Origin: Paraspadella gotoi
Taxonomy: Eukaryota > Animalia > Chaetognatha
Assembly: GCA_051294375.1 (NCBI GenBank)
Contig: CM119270.1
Coordinates: forward strand, 19,727,741-19,791,740
Direction of reading: 5' to 3'
DNA: 64,000 nucleotides
Part shown: piece after piece, positions 10,801 through 22,477 of the stretch
How the letters are laid out: each line of letters begins with the position of its first letter
Position numbering within the stretch: the first letter of the stretch is position 1
The notes under the pieces: generated by a model
The model's input: only the letters and a program-made list of their open reading frames with translations
Told to the model about the DNA's origin: nothing
Databases searched by the model: none
Translations under genes and position numbers: made by a program

Positions 10801-12298
10801 AATCTATATTTTAAGCTGAAAATTAACTTTTTATATATTAAATATAGTTTTTTTAATTTTTAACCCACTTCATAAAATATTTTTTAAAAATGAGTTACAT
10901 TTTATTTTAACAGCTTTTGACGAGGAATTCAAATCTGTAATCAAAATTAAGAAAAGCCTATTTTGAATTTTTTTGATTTTATAAGGATAGTACTATATAT
11001 AAATATAGCCTACTGCGAAAATAAAAAAAAACATAAAATTAATTTTTTTTGCAAATTAATGTTAACTGATTTTATGTTGTTCATAAATGACTTTTAGAAT
11101 TTCTGTACGTAACTTTCACTACGCTCTCGTGCTGTTTCTGTTCCTGTTCCCAGGAAATGCGACAAAGGTAAAGAAGAAATATTTCTTTGGCAAAAAGTCC
11201 GATGACAATGACGAGAAAATTCGCCGTCTGAAGATGCAGAAGGAATATTCTGAGTCGGCGCTTTCGAGCATGATGAAGGAGTTGGAACTCGTGGTGGAGC
11301 GATCTCGCGGGCAGCGGCAAACCGTCTTCAACAACCTCGAGGCCGAGGAGAAGCGCTGGTGCCAGCGGATCATGCAAACCTTTGTGGATTGCTTGGAAAA
11401 AGAAATGGAACTGCAGGATCAGAGGCGCCATCGAATGCAGACGTTCTTCGATGAATTTATGCCCCCTAATGTTGACGAAGACGTTCAGGCTTCCATCAAT
11501 GTTTTTTCGAGAAAAGAACCAGCGGCAGGTGCGGCCGCACCAGAAGGAACAGATTTGAACGGTATCTATATGACGAACGATGACACTTCGACCTACTTCA
11601 AGACCAAAGAAGTTGCTGGCAAAACACCATCGTTACAAATGGAGGCCCCAGAAGAAACAGATTTGAATGGTATCTATATGACGAACGATGACACTTCGAC
11701 CTACTTCAAGACCAAAGAAGTTGCTGGCAAAAGACCATCGTTACAAATGAAGGCCCCAGAAGAAAAAGATTTGAACGGTATCTATATGACGAACGATGAC
11801 ACTTCCACCAACTTCAAGACCGAAGAAGTCGCTGTTATAAGACCGTCGTTACAAACAGAGGCACCAGAAGAAAAAGATTTGAATGGTATCTATATGACGA
11901 ACGATGACACTTCCACCATCTTCAAGACCGAAGAAGTCACTGGCATAAGACCGTCGTTACATACAGAGGCACCAGAAGAAAAAGATTTGAATGGTATCTA
12001 TATGACGAACGATGACACTTCCACCAACTTCAAGACTGAAGAAGTCTCTGGCATAAGACCGTTGTTACAAACGGAGGCCCCAGAAGCAAAAGATTTGAAT
12101 GGTATCTATATGACGATCGAAGAAGTCGCTGGCAAAAGACCGTCATTACGATCGCAGATCGACGAGGGATTCGAGGAGGGCGCCAGCCAAATGCATGCTT
12201 GCTCGGCGCTGTCGAAGTCGGAGGACACCAGGGAAAACAAAGCCAGTCGACCGCCTTTGCCGCCACAGCGGTCGCGCGACAGCTCAAAGCCTGCCTAG
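7514..12298 (+). CDS. F-BAR/FCH-like coiled-coil protein with C-terminal 36-aa tyrosine repeats and a PxxP motif (about 539 aa)
   Basis: Exons 7514-7660, 7860-7997, 10289-10478 and 11154-12298; all GT-AG and phase-compatible (0,0,1). The spliced N-terminus …EMQNLVEHWAK|LEANYAKQMGDTAKKF…ATEISNTHLKVADL|LKQK… resembles the F-BAR helices (ExxYAKxL; ExxxxxH). Acceptors of exons 2 and 3 were chosen by best fit. Confidence 0.7.
7742..7821. repeat. (AAT)n microsatellite in intron 1
   Basis: Read directly; it gives the poly-Ile of ORF 7514..7993. Confidence 0.95.
8900..9060 (-). mobile_element. 5'-truncated or diverged SINE-family copy
   Basis: The reverse complement (CGCCAGTGAC-TGGATGCGTT-ACT…GGTC…AAGCC…GAGATTCCCCA…AGGCATCACA…CCCT…TGGCCA) aligns by eye with 57817-57922. 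Confidence 0.55.
9064..9924. mobile_element. MITE with imperfect long TIRs and 8-9 bp TSD (hAT- or MULE-type), copy 1
   Basis: Ends TAAGGCGTAGTAAAA… and …TTTCACTACGCTCTA, flanked by a direct repeat (A)CTGTGGAT. A second copy lies at 10532-11128. Confidence 0.8.
9595..9795. repeat. near-perfect ~97-bp-arm inverted repeat (hairpin) with a 7-nt loop
   Basis: …TTATTTGACAGATCATCGTTC ttaccct GAACGATGATCTGTCAAATAA…; the arms match except for homopolymer-length differences. Confidence 0.9.
10532..11128. mobile_element. MITE copy 2 (same family as 9064-9924)
   Basis: Same termini and internal sequence; flanks GTGCTGAT and GTGCTGTT (7/8 match) are consistent with a TSD. Confidence 0.8.
11540..12152 (+). 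repeat. coding tandem repeat, 108-bp/36-aa unit, 5 full copies plus 1 internally deleted copy
   Basis: PEEKDLNGIYMTNDDTSTxFKTEEVAGxRPSLQTEA repeated in frame. Confidence 0.95.
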
Positions 12299-12549
12299 TC
12301 AGATTCGGACGACGCCGCGATCGTGTTGTCGACGTCGCCGACGTCTCCGACGACGCCATCGACGATCGACGATGATCCCGACGACATCTACGCAGAAATC
12401 TGAGACCGAAATAAATAACGGTGGACGGTAAAACAAAACGACGACGCGACGCGATGCGATGCGGCGTCGCGACGCTGACGATACGCAATAACAAAAGTTT
12501 ATAAATATAAAATATTCATAAATTGTGAAATATTATTAAAATTCTTACT

Positions 12550-12720
12550 GCGATGCAACAAATCAAAATCATTTGAAGTGACTCCTTACTCTGGAAGACC
12601 AAGAGAATCGAATGCAGGGTGTAGTCAATGCCGAGGGAAGGCACACCGAATATTGAGCATGTTTTACCCATATGTTGTATAGTTTTTATTGAATAAATGA
12701 ACTTTTTAACAATTATGTGA
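12550..12720 (+). mobile_element. Tc1/mariner transposase 3'-end relic
   Basis: Frame LEDQENRMQGVVNAEGRHTEY* matches the typical Tc1/mariner C-terminus (R..AV...GGHT.Y*). The upstream frame has a stop. Confidence 0.55.
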
Positions 12721-14255
12721 TATACTTTTTTCCCAAATGGTACTTTACATACATTTTCTTTTATGTAAATAAATAATTAATTTCTTAGTTGTCCTCTAAT
12801 TGTTATTTCTTCACTATTTTTTTACTACAGGGTAGTGATTCAAAACTTAGAAAATACGCATCACTTCATCTTTTTTTTATTTTGTGACGCATCAGATGTA
12901 TTTAAAAAAAATAATTGAACATACTTAGCCACTCTTCCCACAGCACCAAAAAGAATCACAGCTGCTCTTCATAAACGCTTCTGAAATATTGAGCCATAGC
13001 TCATAGACGGTTTACCCTACGCGATTAATATTTTGGCCTTACTTAACATAGTTGAGGGGAATTAGATGTGGAATTGTGGAATTGTAAATATTATTAGACC
13101 CGAAAATCATTCAGTCAAAAATTAAAATTTTGTTGCAACTGAAATCTTTATTTTTTCAGCTGTATACAACAATGCCCTTTGTTACAGCCATGCATAATAA
13201 CCCCAATAGTATTGGCTCTTTATACATGTCACGAAATGTATTCTAAGAACAATATAGTAGACTGCAGCAATGGATTTTTGCACAGAAGCAAAAATATAAG
13301 AAAATATTTTTCTTTCATCTGATGCTGCAGTTGATTGCTTTAAGCGATATTTTATACAGAGAGTCTCAACTCTTAACTACATCAGTTATAGATTTCATAA
13401 GCTCACAGAGATGGTACTCAACCAGAGTGGCCGATTCAGTATGAACTTAAGAAAAAAAAAATTACAGCATCTTAGAATTGCTTTTAATAATTAAGGTTAA
13501 AATAAGTCTTGATAAACTGCGGCAGTTAAATGGCCATAGAAAAGTAAAGATAAATATTTATAAATGGAGTTCTTCATTTGCTCTCTTTAGAATTTGTCTT
13601 TTAGCATAAAAATGAGCTATTGATGGGTATATTGATGATTTTGGCTATGCAACAATTGCTACCTGCAGCATCCTTATAAATGGCATATGCTTTAAGGACC
13701 GCGCCCATTGGAAATGCTGTCATTTTTTGTCATTATTGTTACTGTCAGAAAGTCGACAGTTCTAGAGGGGATGCTTGGGACATTTTGTTTCTCTATTCTG
13801 TCAGAAAAATTGCCAAAAGTCATCTTTTGATATCGATCCAAAAAATATTTAGCCTCGTTTCTAAATATAATCTTTTTTTCCTTAAAGTTAATCCCATTAG
13901 AGCTGCAACTCCCTGTAGTACTATTCTTTACTATTCCTTCGGGTTTCCATTTTCTCTCCCCGTTTCTCAACTTCACCGGAATCACGTGACATTTGAAAAA
14001 AAAGTTATCAAAAATCTTTCTGTGATCGAATTCACTTTTTCACATTTTGTTAAGCGTGAAGAAAAGGGCGCCAGTGAAAAACGAGACTTCTCTTCTCACG
14101 TTAAGCAGAAGAAGAACAACGACGACAACAACAACAACAACAACGACGAACGACGTCTATCGCCGACAAAAGATTTCCATAAAAGACATTAAAGCAGTCT
14201 CTTCATTATCGCGCCTTGCATCGTTTGCCAAAGAAAGAGAAAGCAGAGAAAAGTG

Positions 14256-14311
<56 letters not shown>

Positions 14312-14389
14312 AGAAAGAACAAAAACCCGACAAAAAACGCATTCGTTTGAGGTTTTAAATTTTGTCGTTAACGACGAACATTAGTTCCG

Positions 14390-14420
<31 letters not shown>

Positions 14421-14878
14421 TGTCGTTCGTTCTTCAGATTAAAACGAGGCGATTGAGAGAGAGTGAGAGGGAGAAAGGTGCGAAAAAAGGAGAGTGAGAG
14501 GGAGATACGTGTGAAAAAAGGAGAGGGCGAACGAGACAAAAGCAGAGGAACAACAAAAGAAAGAATTAAGCGCAGAGTCAAAAACTGATAAAAAAAAAAG
14601 TGATAACAAAAAGTGAGAAATAAAATACGTTAAACAAAAAGTAAATATTGAAGTATTTTATGTAATACAATATCTGGAAGGTAGAATTCCGGCGATCACA
14701 GTAAGACTAATATCTTCTTTTTTTTTCAAGACTTTTTTCAGACTTGAGTATTTTCCAAAAAAATAGGATTTCAATGTTTTAATTTTTCTGTTGATTGTTT
14801 GACTCGCGCTTCTTTCGTTCTTATTCTCTTTTGTCTTTATCTTCACCAAAACGTTCCTCTCTCTCTCGCCGCTACTCT

Positions 14879-14953
<75 letters not shown>

Positions 14954-15210
14954 TCTCTATCTCCCTTTCTTCTTTCCCCCCCTCTCTCCTCTCCCCTCAT
15001 CCGCTCACCGCCCTCTTCACCCCAGCGCCCTCTTTCCCCAAACCCCCGCTCAACCGCCCAGTCTCCGACGCCGAGGAACAAATGAGCAATTGTCTTCGTT
15101 TAAACGCCCCTCGACCAGAACGCGTCCATTCATGACGGCTTGCATAACAAAGAGAGAATGAGCAGACGGCCCGGGGCGGAATCCCGCAAGAATGAGAGGC
15201 ATGTACCGTG

Positions 15211-15277
<67 letters not shown>

Positions 15278-15699
15278 AATGCTCATTAACCCAGTGATGA
15301 TTGGATTAATTTCAGCCTTTCCCCTTTCCCCGATCTAAACGATGCACTTATTTTTATCGTCGCCAGAATTCTTTTCGTCTCGAAATTCCGCTGCATCTCT
15401 ATCTTATCTCTATGCTGTCTTTATCCCATCACTATCCTCATTTCCATCCTGCCTCTATCCCATGTCTATATGCATCTCTATCTCGTCTCTATCCTGCTTC
15501 TATCCCATAAATAGTAATATACAATCGGTATAATAAAAAAGCTATTCTTCCCATCCTCCTCCTCTTCTTCTTCCTCCTCCTCTTCCTTCTTCTCCTCCCC
15601 ATCATCCCTTCAAACCATCCTCCCCTTAACCCATCACCATCCGCTGCCGTTGAGGAAAAAAAAGAGAGACGGCTCAAAGAGGAACAATTTAAGTTGCGC

Positions 15700-15735
<36 letters not shown>

Positions 15736-15947
15736 CCTCTCTCTCTCTCTTCTTTTTCTCTCTCTCTCTCTCTTTCTCTCCCTTAAACTCGTCAAATTAA
15801 GCTCGTTCCACCAAAACATAGCGGGTTTGTTTCCCTAGAGGCTCTTCAAATTCCGCCGTCGAAAAAAAAAATAAAAAGAGCAAAACAAATAAAATGAGAA
15901 AAGAAAAAAAAAATTTATATCAAATTAAAATAAAAACAAACAATTAA

Positions 15948-16824
15948 GGGGACCCAGTGATAAAAATGATATCATAAGCTTAAGGGTCTATCATCAAAGG
16001 AATTTGAATGGTGATAGTCATTAATTTTTCTTTGCACGGGAAAGTGGCAAAAAAATTCCTATCTCTTATTCTAAGCGGAAACAAAAATTTAATAATTATG
16101 AAAAAAAAATTTAGTTGACCCTACCTAAATATTTATATAATCCATTATTTTATTTTGCATTAGAAAGTATTTTTTCTAAATTCCAATTTTTTATTTTTTA
16201 CTATACAAAGCTATAATTTTAGGTTTAAGCCTCATTGAACAAAGGCTTTACAAGACTAATATTTTTTTATTTTTATATTTACTTAAAAGCAGATAAATCA
16301 AACTAAATTCTATTCTTACAGAAACAAAATGTAATAATTATTAATTAATATTCATATTCATCCCTTAAATGTATAATTAAACTATATTGATTCCTAATTA
16401 TAACAATTAAAAATTTAGCAAAAGTACAGAATCTTTTTTTTCTTTTATATTTATATTACTTCAAAGAGTTTTATTTTCATCCAATTAACAGAATCATTTG
16501 AAAAGAAAGTTTAAATAAAATCAGTCGATACCTTAAATTTTGATTCATTCCTAGTTTTTTTTCTTATAAATTTTTTGTGATAAAAGCTGAAAATCTTTTT
16601 AAAATTAGATCTTACCCTTTTTTGGAAAAAAAAATTTAAAACTTGAAAAAGATTTTCTTCTTACCGATTTTTTAAAGAAAATTAAGCTCACTGATTTTAT
16701 CGAATTTTTTAACTACTTTCCCAAATGATTTATAGAAGAAAAAATTATATGATCAGAACCAGCTTAAGTTAAAGGGTCAAACGTTATGTTTTCAGCTTTT
16801 TACCCCCCTGTTCACTTGGTCCCC
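15948..16824. mobile_element. TTAA-flanked MITE (Kolobok-like)
   Basis: TTAA|GGGGACCCAGTGA … TCACTTGGTCCCC|TTAA (13-bp TIR, 1 mismatch); AT-rich non-coding interior. Confidence 0.75.
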
Positions 16825-16843
16825 TTAAAGGAAGTACATTGGC

Positions 16844-16912
<69 letters not shown>

Positions 16913-18779
16913 CGACAGAAGAAGTGGCCATCTTGACGGATTCCCTGAAATCTACGGAGTGGAATTATTCACGACGGGTTGAAGAGGAAAGGAAAGAAGG
17001 AAAGGAAAGGAGGAAAGGAAAGAAGGGAAGGAAAGGAGGAAAGGAAATGAGGAAAAGAAAGAAGGAAAAAGAAAGAAGGGATGGAAAGGAGAAAAGGAAA
17101 GGAGAAAAGAAAAGAAGCAAACGAGATAAGGTTAGGAAATGAGAAAAAGAAAGGAGGAAAGGAGATAAGGTTAAGAAAGGAGGAAAAGAGAAAAGGTAAG
17201 GACGAGAGGAAAGATAGAAAGTAGATATGGTAAGCAGAGGGGGGAAAAAAGGAGGAAATTAAAGAAGAAAAGAAAAAAAAAGAAAAGAGATTTTCGTGAT
17301 TAAAGCGATTTGTGATTAAATAATGACTTATACTTAATCATGAAAATTAATTTTACTTGTTCCGTTTAGCTGCAGATAAGTTGCAGATAAAACATTTTAC
17401 TAAAAAGAAATATTCTTTACCAAAACATTATCATCAATGACCACAAATACACCAACAACAGCAACAAAAACAGCAACAACAACATCACCGACAGAGATTC
17501 GCTTCACCTTCGAGTCACGTGACTTCGACCGCCTTTCGCTACGAAAAATCTCACTGACAAAACAGACCTTGGGACGGACTCCCCCCGCGGAGAAAGAAAC
17601 AAAGCAACAAAGAAAACAACCAACATAAAACTAAAAACTAACCAAACAAAAAAGGATAAAACAAACAACAAACAAACAAAACAACAAAAATTAAGCATAC
17701 AAAATAAAACAAACAAAACGAACAAGTAAATACCAAATCATAAAAAAACAAAACTAAAAACATAACTAAAAACCAAGTAACAAATTAAACAATAAGCTGA
17801 ACTACTAACAAAATAAATAAACAAAGAAGCAACAAACAAGAAAACAACAAACAAAACAACTAAAAAACCAAAAAACCCAAAAAAGGTAAAACGTCACTTT
17901 TTAACTTTTTCCTTTTCTTCATCTTTTCTTTTCAGTTTTCACTTTCCAACCTCGCTGTTGTGACTTACTCGCCTCACTTCCCCGCTCCGACCCCCCCGCC
18001 CCCCCCAAAAAGAAATAAAAGGATGAACATCGACGAAAATAAAATCGACGAAGCGAAAACAAAAAATGGACTAAAGAGACGGTGAATATCCAGGTTTATC
18101 GTTGTCGTTGTTGTTGTTATTGTTGTCTTTCTCGTTGTTACTGTTATTTTAGTTGTTGTTGTTGTTACTGTTGTCTTTCTCGTTGTTACTGTTGTTGTCA
18201 ATTTTATTAACGACAACGTCGTCGTCGTCGTTTTTGTCGTCGTCGTCATCATCGCCGCTATCTTTGTAATCGTAGTCGTCGTCGTCATATTGTGGAATAT
18301 CCCGTCGGAGCTGAGGTGGCTTCGAAACCACGGCGTCTCGAATTTATCGAGCGATTGGGGAAAAGAAATAAAATCCCGTCAGTGACTCGTGAATCGTGAC
18401 TCTCTTCGATATCGTCGCATCAAATGTAGCAAATGTGACATCGACATTTGTGAGTCTCGGATTGGCGGAAGCAGAAAATGTAACGAAGGGTTACATTAAC
18501 AGAGTTTCTTTACTATTTACCAGTTACAACAGGAATCGAACTATTATGCCAAACTAAATTCTATTTTTAAACTTTTGTTATTAAATTTATTTAAATCTTA
18601 TTTTCTTTCCAGTCGTGACGATTAGGATTCTCACGAAAACAAAAAAACGACAACAACAACAACCACCTCAATGTCTACTACGACGATGATGACAATAAGA
18701 ACAATAACGACGACAATGACGACGACGATGATGATGAACATCGCCAACCGCAAAATATTTCTCTCTCTCTCTCTCTCTG

Positions 18780-18895
<116 letters not shown>

Positions 18896-18913
18896 TTTCT
18901 CGCCCCACCAACA

Positions 18914-18957
18914 GTTGGGTTGGCAACCACTTTTCTTAACGACCGTTGCTTGGCAAC
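18914..18957. promoter_or_regulatory. pair of RFX X-box-like motifs
   Basis: GTTGCTTGGCAAC (18945-18957) and GTTGGGTTGGCAAC (18914-18927), beside a long CT tract. Confidence 0.4.
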
Positions 18958-19652
18958 CGAGAGGGTTACATTAAACAGATGAAATGGTCTTTTCTCATTT
19001 CCATCTGCGAAGCGGTGGAGAGAGAGGGGGTGGAGAGACGGTGAGGTGAGGTTGGTCAAGAAGATTGACGTGTTGCTCGTTTCTGTAGCCATCTGTGATC
19101 ACCTGTATCCATCTGTGATCATCTGTAGCCATCTGTGATCGTGAGGCTTCGTCGATGTCCCTTTTTGTGAAGATGTTTTTATTATTATCGTTTTAAGAAT
19201 TGCGGAGATATTTTTCAAACGTTAACCGTTGAAGATTTCCCGGATTAATTGTCTTTTTAGATACAAATTTATTTATAAGTTTTAATCAATTTTTGTTATT
19301 CCGTTTCAAAGATTCAAGTACATGAAAAAATCAGCGTAGTATCGTTTCTGTAAATAAAAGAAGCGAAGGAAAAAAATTAACCAAACAAAAATCGAAAGAA
19401 ATTAAACAAATAAACAAACTTAAGGGGAGTAAACGAAAAATAGACAACGAGTAAACACAAAACCTGCGAAAAAAACTATTTTTTTTCACACAAGAGAAAA
19501 AAAAAATTTAAAAAAGAAAAAAGAAAACATGTTTTCTTTACTTTTCCCTTTTTCCCTGCCCACTTCCCTCAACCCCTGAAAAAATTCTTGAAGCAATTGA
19601 AGCACCTTCTCATACAACAACAACAACAACAACGAAACCGTATCCTTTTGTG

Positions 19653-19705
<53 letters not shown>

Positions 19706-19780
19706 CTCTCTCTCCCCCCTTCTCTCTCTCTGAAGCACCTTCTCATCGAACAACAACAACAACAACCCGTATCCTTTTGG

Positions 19781-19834
<54 letters not shown>

Positions 19835-20140
19835 CCTCCCCCTATCTCCCTGACTGAGAAAAAAATGAGGTAAACAAATAAACAGATGAAAACAAACAAA
19901 CAAAAAACCGAGAGAATCTTACGTGGTTCGACTCTTGATTTTTAACCCTGAATGTGAGAGTTTTTTAAGTAAGGAAAAAAGAAAAAGATTATTTTTTTTA
20001 AATAAAGGAAAAAGATAAATCTCTTAAAAACGAAAAGGATAAACATTTTTAAAAAGGAAAAGGAAAAATCTTTTTCGCTTCTATAAGGATTTGGATTTGG
20101 GTCAGGATTTAGGTCAAGATTTGGACTGAGATTTTTCTCC

Positions 20141-20562
20141 CATATTTAAGAAAATATTTAAGGAAATATTTAAGGAAATGTTTTTAGAAAATATTTAAGG
20201 AAATAGTTAAGGAAATAGTTAAGGAAATATTTAAGGAAATATTTATGGAAATATTTAAGGAAATGTTTAAGAAAATATTTATAGAAAAATTTAAGGAAAT
20301 AATTAAGGAAATATTTAAGGAAATATTTAAGGAAATATTTAAGGAGATATTTAAGGAAATATTTAAGGAAATATTTAAGGAAATATTTAAGGAAATATTT
20401 AAGGAAATATTCAAGGAAATATTTAAGGAAATATGTAAGGAAATATTTAAGTAAATAATTAAGGAAATATTTAAGGAAATATTTAAGGAGATATTTAAGG
20501 AAATATTTAAGGAAATATTTAAGGAAATATTTAAGGAAATATTTAAGGAAATATTTAAGGAA
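20141..20562. repeat. 12-bp tandem repeat (AAGGAAATATTT)n, about 35 copies
   Basis: Read directly. Confidence 0.95.
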
Positions 20563-22368
20563 GGCTTAGAAGGAAAATCGATATACAGCTCAGAAAAAAT
20601 CGTATGAGATGACAGCAGTATCGATTACGGCATCGAAAAGTCAGTCCGCGGTATTGGATACTGAACGCGTTTTCGGCGAAATACTTAAAGGGATTTTCTG
20701 TCGTTTTAACATCGTCAATCGATGGCGCCTCCGCTGAGTTATGGGGCGCGGCGGCGGCGGCGGCGGCGGCGGCAGCGGCGGCAGCGGTAGCGTCGGCGGC
20801 GGCGGCGGCTCCGGCTTAAAATGCTGCGGTGGCAGCGAGGTCGATCATAAAACTCGGACATGGACCAAAGATGATATGAAAAAAGGATGAAAGAAAAAAA
20901 ACAGGAAAGAAAAAAGATCAAGAGGAACTAAAGGGAAAGATATAAAAGAAAAAAAAGAGAAAAAAAGGAAAAGAAGGAAATAAAAAAGGAAAGAAAAAAA
21001 AACGGAATAAACGAGGGAATCTGATGAAAATGGCCGAGAAATTTGGATGGAGAGAATGAATAGCGATGAATGGAGGAGAGAAAGATGGCGATCCGACGTG
21101 GTGAGAGGAAAGAGAAGGAGGAAAGGAAAGAGGGAGGAAAGGAAAGAAGGAGAGGAGAGGGAGGGGAATGGAGAAAAGGGGATGGGAAGGGCCCAAGTGG
21201 GGAGGGGAAAGAGAGGGAGGAAAAGAAAAAGGTAAAAAAGGAAAGAGGGAGGAAAGGAAAGGGGAGGAAAGGAAAGAAGGAGAGGGGAGAGAGGGAAATG
21301 GAGAAAAGGGGAGGGGAAGGGCGAAAGTTGGAGGGGAAAAGAGAAGGAGGAAAGGAAAGAGGGAAGAAAGAAAAGAAGGAGAGGAGAGGGGACAGGCGCA
21401 AAAGGGGGAAGGGCAAGCGAGTGACTAATAGGAGAAAAAGGGAAGGAAAGACAGGACAAGGTAGGAAGGGAAGAAGGGATGGAGGGTAAAAAAAGGAAAA
21501 ATAATGAAAGGTGAAGAGAGGGAGAAAAAAAATGGTGAAAGGGGAGGAAAAAGGAGGAACATTAGGAAAAGGAAAGGAGGAAGAGGAGAAAGAGAAGGAA
21601 AAAAGGAAAAAAAAGGAAAATGAGGGAAGAGGTGGAGTAAGAAGGGGAGGGGGGAATATTTCAGAAAAACAAATCTGACTGTTTATACAATAATACAATA
21701 TACTGTATATAATAAAATAACAAAATAAATCATAGAAAATTAGGTGATTTGAAAGAAAAGCGTAATTTGAGAGATGAATATAAGATAGATAACATTAAAT
21801 AATTTGAGAGATGAATGTAAGATAGATAACATTAATGAATATGAATAAAGTTGAGAATGAGAAGGAAAGAAGATCATTTATTATCTCGGCGAAGAAAAAT
21901 ATGAATAATAAATAAAAATGATCGGCCGACAGATTATGATGCGTTGGAAAGAAAAATAAATGCTTTGGCAAAATAAGACAGGTTTGGAGAAATTAATATA
22001 CGTAGTAAAGAAATTTAAAAACAAAGAAACGCTTAAACAAAATTAAGTTAACAAAGCTGAGTTTAAAAAATGTATAAACCGCTCAATTGATAATTCAAAT
22101 AAATTATAGAAGTTTTTGCGGAATTGTGATTAATTTTTCCTGGACAAAAAATCGAGCTGAAGTGAAGTGAACCTGAAATAGAAACTAAAAAAACGAGAAA
22201 ATAATCTTGTGAAGGAGATTCACCGTGAGATCGTGTGATAGTGGAGGAGGTGGTGATAAAGAAAGAGGGGGTGAGCTGAGGATGAAATGACGGTGAGGTG
22301 AGGGTAAGGTGACCCAAATGAAGATCCACGACGCGTCGCCACTTGAGGTCACAAAACCACGGAGATAA

Positions 22369-22477
22369 ATGGAGACTATTTACGGCGACGAGGACAAGAG
22401 AAAAGGGATTAAAAGGGACAACGATGACGCCGGGGGACAAAGACCTTTAAAGAAGAGAAAGAGGACAAGGTGGACAG
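22369..22477 (+). CDS. putative exon encoding a homeodomain N-terminal arm
   Basis: ATG…METIYGDEDKRKGIKRDNDDAGGQRPLKKRKRTRWT G|GTGAGA; ends in a strong phase-1 donor. Confidence 0.45.

Noticed and set aside
11087-11153. Signal-peptide-like N-terminus of ORF 11087..12298 (MTFRISVRNFHYALVLFLFLFP)
   Set aside because: This is MITE end plus polypyrimidine tract; the exon begins at the CAG|GA acceptor at 11154.
11540-12152. Repeat array as a CRISPR-like locus (also 26753-27001, 44230-44715 and 50229-50743)
   Set aside because: Units are contiguous tandem copies without unique spacers, the context is eukaryotic, and no cas genes are seen.
12296-12298. Genetic-code reassignment of TAG
   Set aside because: CRIP in the same window terminates with TAG at its expected C-terminus.
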